DNA of 64,000 bases from Candidatus Heimdallarchaeum endolithica (GTDB taxonomy: Archaea > Asgardarchaeota > Heimdallarchaeia > Heimdallarchaeales > Heimdallarchaeaceae), in assembly GCA_021513715.1 (NCBI GenBank), contig CP084167.1, positions 3,008,001-3,072,000 of the forward strand, read 5' to 3'. The notes beneath the pieces are model-generated. The model did no database searches. It was given only the letters and a program-made list of their open reading frames with translations, and was not told the origin of the DNA. Shown here in pieces: positions 60,801-64,000 of this stretch (positions are counted from its first letter, which is position 1; each line of letters begins with the position of its first letter). The position numbers and the translations under genes were made by a program.

Positions 60801-60953
60801 AACATTAACTTCTGTAGTCATTAAACTTTGTAGTGACAATAAAATACCTTGCATCATACTTGAATCTTTAGGTAAATGACCTACTGAAGCAAAACTTATT
60901 CCCGCATCACTACCAACAGAAATCCATAAATCGTAGGGATATTCTTTACTCAT
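57816..60953 (-). CDS. Large hypothetical protein, N-terminal longin-like domain plus helical body
   Basis: DLWIS..AGISF..SSMMQGILLSLQSLMTTEV resembles Asgard longin N-termini; the remainder is unrecognised. Confidence 0.6.
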   Translation of the reverse strand: MSKEYPYDLWISVGSDAGISFASVGHLPKDSSMMQGILLSLQSLMTTEVNVSDSQFMTGQNEFVRFGSFTMPSEETNIVVQYIVRSETANSISIEDESLVQELALSFGKFITLTPNFYDNVESGRTVSPDYVSKSFLNACTIARQKISIKENSSVFINLINAHIEKAATQPDIFPTLLQMKNLDAWLKEEEQSWDKGTINSFKRQLIIQMLSQDILNVISLENPFTILQYKKPRYAVDEISSRIENYLKKHSPNAEDLINEYLGKKVEKKINSIYPNLSISAIHSAETFIADELSKEIILNIAKKQPLMGLIDFRDVKIYQKLQSMIKEKISTINQGDIICNALTEDAEPLILQGARLFFNQLISSFKERELPPSVWSVICDFTFAIISEENIKSVKKSKKGGSTLNLKKEFIISKIQKLTNISKNLLKELTSIIENAGVGERLQISNIEESVIFSKALERAIISTLVKIVEDQFFNSILGNIYLYIINSFKKIIPLYIFSSIVSNYIQDIRKRELEIGKQLSLTARDLIGGAINTGFLKAYIKSVPVVHKKSFFGKIQLKFDKRTISVYELLLKPSLTVRYDNSVFSLSQAESNAEILTACLIDHKILYASYENSIIRKMMSSYPEKIFKFESDIVAKLDNLITLFQKERVSKLRNANLLPEIKESFPSFPEFKDVPENFANKNYHVSCYDIWNKNSSKVQKALQTLLSSFAQLRSNDIHYCEIAKKLYTSAEKELKKIRGKIIKSWEPVNKKIFSDIQHWVKFKIGTIDTHLDYIRKNYEKWIDDAFHYKKLQPNQFTPSVEECKTKIDATIKEVRERELEELPKNFLEIALSILLYRRIPDYVIDDSYNQMIQDAKSAMLTVKRAWTKSKTRKEFETNLYINMRSLGNTLIKLINNYIRLIHDSFINRDLELSTDRKGFYIDLGTIPKEIFTTKSEVTALYRFDNISVISGGKNWIVKCYIEPEYFKKMTRHLDRLVVISDIIRFVARYKFDEMTEPLIDGIKVATNYLLEQGDKKVIDLIETMKEAIFRLSDYPSISAEEK

Positions 60954-61215
60954 ATTTCTCACATAACCTTACTGTTCCCCAGACACTAGTTCTAATATAT
61001 AAAGCGTGTCTTATATTCTTTTCGAGTAAAATTACTCCAATAACTAGATTGTTTACATCATTTTTAAATGATTTTTTAGGTTCTGAGAATAGAAAAAGTG
61101 AGAAAATGAAGAAAAGAAAGTTAAACTGTTTTAAAAAAGAATAAAGAAAAAATTGAAAACTTTTTTTTCTGAATTTTAGTCTATAGTCAATAGTGTCTGA
61201 AACCTCTCTTTTTTC

Positions 61216-62049
61216 TTAGGAGGATTTAAGGGTTCTATACCAATGCTTTTTGCCTTTTTCTTTCTTTTCTGAATCCATTTCATATAATATTTTAGCAGCT
61301 AAGTTAGCAGCTTGAATTGCTTCTTTTTCACCCTTTGTAGCGAATTCATTTGTAACTCTATTGGCATAAACTGCACAAATAGCTCCAGTTCGCAATCTGT
61401 AAATTTGTCCTAAAGTAAAAATATGCGACGCCTCCATCTCAAAGTTAAGAACACCCATTTTCTGTAAGTCAGGGACTATTAAATCCGTTTTACTTAATTT
61501 ATAATTGTTAACTCCTGGACGACCTTGGCCTAGATAAAAACTAGATGATGAAGCAGTTATTCCAAGATGATATCTGAATCCTAATGTTTCACAAGCTTCA
61601 ATAAGTGCAAGAACTAGTTCATAATGAGCCATCGCAGGATATTCAGGAATAGCATAAAATCTGCTTGAACCTTCCATTTTTACTGCTCCAGTGCTGATTA
61701 TGAGATCTCCCAATTCTATTCCTGGCTGTATTGCTCCTGATGAACCAACACGAATAAAAGTATCACATCCAATATTTACTAATTCTGTCATAGCTATCTC
61801 ACATGCAGGAGTACCAATGCCTGTAGATGTAACACTTATAGGAACACCATGTACTTTTCCTGTATAAGAGTAATATTGCCTGTGAGCTGCAACTTGGCGC
61901 ATTTCATCCCATGAAGAAGCAATTCTTCTTGCTCTTTCTGGATCTCCTGGAAGTAAAACAAGTCCTTTTAAATCTCCCGGTTTGCATTCTATATGATACT
62001 GCATTCCTTGCTCAAAAATGGGTTTATCAGCTGATACTTTTTTCGACAT
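61216..62049 (-). CDS. udp: Uridine phosphorylase
   Basis: QYHI, LPGDPER, STGIG, RVGSSG, FYLGQGR, NFEME. Confidence 0.93.
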   Translation of the reverse strand: MSKKVSADKPIFEQGMQYHIECKPGDLKGLVLLPGDPERARRIASSWDEMRQVAAHRQYYSYTGKVHGVPISVTSTGIGTPACEIAMTELVNIGCDTFIRVGSSGAIQPGIELGDLIISTGAVKMEGSSRFYAIPEYPAMAHYELVLALIEACETLGFRYHLGITASSSSFYLGQGRPGVNNYKLSKTDLIVPDLQKMGVLNFEMEASHIFTLGQIYRLRTGAICAVYANRVTNEFATKGEKEAIQAANLAAKILYEMDSEKKEKGKKHWYRTLKSS

Positions 62050-62053
62050 TCTT

Positions 62054-63316
62054 TCACTTCCTAATTTTTTTTAAAATTTCTAATGCTTTATCATATGTTA
62101 TTTCTTTTAATTCTATAAGTTTACTGGCTACTTTTTCCATTTCTTCTCCTTTGGCACCTATAGATACTGCAAGATTGCGAGCATGAAGTGACATATGACC
62201 TGCTTGTATTCCCTCACTTGCTAGTGCTCGAATAGCTGCTAAGTTTTGTGCTAATCCTACAGACCCTGCTACTATAGCCAATTCTTCTGCTGTAGAAACA
62301 TTAAGAATTTTTAATAAAGTCTTATAAGTTGGATGGACATGAATAGCTCCTCCCACAATTCCAACAGAGAGAGGTAATTCCAGATAACCCACTAAATCTC
62401 CATTCTCATCCTTTTCAAATTTAGATAATGAAGAATAGTTTCCATCTTTTGAAGCATATGCATGAGCTCCAGCTTCAATTGCACGAGTGTCGTTGCCAGT
62501 CGCAAGCATAACAGCTGTTATTCCATTCATAATACCTTTATTATGTGTAACAGCTCTAAAAACATCATGTTTAGCAAAGTCATAAGCAAATAGAATATTT
62601 TCAACTACTTCATCTCCTCCTAGAAGCTCTTTATCAAATGTAGCTTTGACTTTAACAATACGTTTGATGGCATAATTAGATAAAATCCGAAGCAAAACTT
62701 TACAATCAACAATACTTTCAATGAAAGGTTGTAATTTTTCTAACATAGTATTAACTGCATTAGCACCCATTGCATCTTTTGTATCAACAATTAAGTGCAG
62801 AATGAAATACTCTCTTAGATCTCCTTTAACTCTCCTTATTTCTATGTCTTTAGCTCCTCCACCTAATTTTACTAAAAATTCATTTGTGGAGTTTGCAATT
62901 TCTATAATTTTTTTCTTGTTTGAAGAAATGATCTGTTTTACAGCTTCGAAAGGTTCTGAAGTTAAAAGTTGTATTTGTCCAATTACTATTGAACCTGAAT
63001 ATTCAGCAGTAAATCCTCCTTTCTTTCTAGCTATTTTTGCAGCATGACTAGCTGCAGCAACAACAGAAGACTCTTCGATAACCATGGGAATAAGATAATC
63101 CTTGCCGTTAATCTTGAAATTTGTGGCTATGCCAATGGGAAAAGGTATTTTTCCTATTGTATTCTCTATCATAACTTCAAAGACAGAATCATTGATTTCT
63201 TGATCTTGTAAATACTTGAGGTCTTGTTCATTGAAATTAAACATTGAAGCAATAATATTTCTCCTTTCTTCCTGTGAGAAAGAATAAAATTTTGGTATTC
63301 TTGAATTAAGGCTCAT
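62054..63316 (-). CDS. mvaA: HMG-CoA reductase class II
   Basis: MIENTIG, EESSVVAA, DAMGAN, RILSN, THNKGIMNG, GIQAGHMSLHA. Confidence 0.93.
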   Translation of the reverse strand: MSLNSRIPKFYSFSQEERRNIIASMFNFNEQDLKYLQDQEINDSVFEVMIENTIGKIPFPIGIATNFKINGKDYLIPMVIEESSVVAAASHAAKIARKKGGFTAEYSGSIVIGQIQLLTSEPFEAVKQIISSNKKKIIEIANSTNEFLVKLGGGAKDIEIRRVKGDLREYFILHLIVDTKDAMGANAVNTMLEKLQPFIESIVDCKVLLRILSNYAIKRIVKVKATFDKELLGGDEVVENILFAYDFAKHDVFRAVTHNKGIMNGITAVMLATGNDTRAIEAGAHAYASKDGNYSSLSKFEKDENGDLVGYLELPLSVGIVGGAIHVHPTYKTLLKILNVSTAEELAIVAGSVGLAQNLAAIRALASEGIQAGHMSLHARNLAVSIGAKGEEMEKVASKLIELKEITYDKALEILKKIRK

Positions 63317-63400
63317 CAAGGATAGAAACTAAGCAGAAATTTAAAAACTTTTCAAAATAAGTTTAGATAAGACAAATGTCTAAAGAATAATAAAAGAGGT

Positions 63401-63619
63401 TTATAATTCTTCCAAAACTTGGATAGTTTTATCTTGGAATTTTCGCATGATACGAGTAACATAGCCTGCAATTCTATTTCTCATGTGTTTTGTCATAGGA
63501 CTGCAAACTTGTTCAACGACATGCTTATTATTTTGAAAATCTAAATTTAATTGATCATGAAAGTCTCTAACTATTTGTTTAGCGAGTTTTTTGATTTGAC
63601 TTGTTCTTACATTACCCAT
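63401..63619 (-). CDS. rps17e: 30S ribosomal protein S17e
   Basis: MGNVRT..IK..DFQNNK..RNRIAGYVT; AGGTGA SD. Confidence 0.95.
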   Translation of the reverse strand: MGNVRTSQIKKLAKQIVRDFHDQLNLDFQNNKHVVEQVCSPMTKHMRNRIAGYVTRIMRKFQDKTIQVLEEL

Positions 63620-63766
63620 ATAATTCACCTAGGATTGGAATCTCTCGTTAGTTTTTCTTGAATTCAATGAAATAGGTAGGAATTTAAAACTTTTGTTCAT
63701 TTAGAATTATTTGTTAAATTTAAAGAATAAAAAATGAAATTTCCGACAGAAAAAGTAAAAATAAAT

Positions 63767-64000
63767 TTAGAAATAAAATTGTTCATCTACATGTACAATT
63801 ATCCCACTTTTTGTAATAGTGAACGGTCTTTCCATCATCTCATGTTTTTGTCCACGCATTTTTCGAATATTAAGGCTTCTTACACCTAGAGTATTGACAA
63901 ATTTGTAATTGAGGACAATTACTCCTTGACTCATAAACTCTTCCACTCCAAAACGGGAAACTTCAGTTCCTGCCATTTCACTTGTTAATATTGTTGTGCA
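63767..64000 (-). CDS. KaiC/RAD55-like ATPase, C-terminal fragment
   Basis: TTILTSE..SRFGVEEF..GVIVL..RSLNIRKMRG..H..PFTIT..GI; open to window edge. Confidence 0.85.
   Translation of the reverse strand, partial: CTTILTSEMAGTEVSRFGVEEFMSQGVIVLNYKFVNTLGVRSLNIRKMRGQKHEMMERPFTITKSGIIVHVDEQFYF

Noticed and set aside
1698-63047. Many short ORFs antisense to or nested within long genes (e.g. 4281-4520, 16194-16490, 35907-36260, 62721-63047)
   Set aside because: Shadow ORFs of well-supported genes with no recognisable motifs
1-64000. CRISPR array, tRNA or rRNA genes
   Set aside because: No regularly spaced repeats and no GC-rich structured RNA segments seen

Overview
A very AT-rich archaeal chromosomal segment. 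Markers include RadA, Alba, S17e, DGGGP synthase and archaeal pilins, plus eukaryotic-signature proteins: two Rab-like GTPases, a gelsolin-domain protein, a membrane-anchored RING protein and longin-like folds. This combination points to an Asgard archaeon, probably Heimdallarchaeia (inference). Highlights: (1) a class II ribonucleotide reductase with five inteins; intein 4 is followed by Arg rather than Cys/Ser/Thr, and intein 5 ends in Asp at the catalytic Cys. (2) A translationally coupled CPBP (CAAX-type) protease, Rab-like GTPase and HEAT-repeat operon. (3) A split, convergent type IV pilus locus with a longin-like gene and Hsp20 inside it and a Rab GTPase and gelsolin beside it. (4) An intact 1000-bp IS with 15-bp TIRs and a 10-bp target duplication, and a decayed IS6-family element missed by the ORF track; both show a purine/pyrimidine skew flip. 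(5) A large acidic surface protein with Gly-aromatic tetrad repeats. The rest is housekeeping (pyrBI, tldDE, udp, class II HMG-CoA reductase, transporters). No rRNA, tRNA or CRISPR array was seen. All family assignments are from motif recognition, not database searches.
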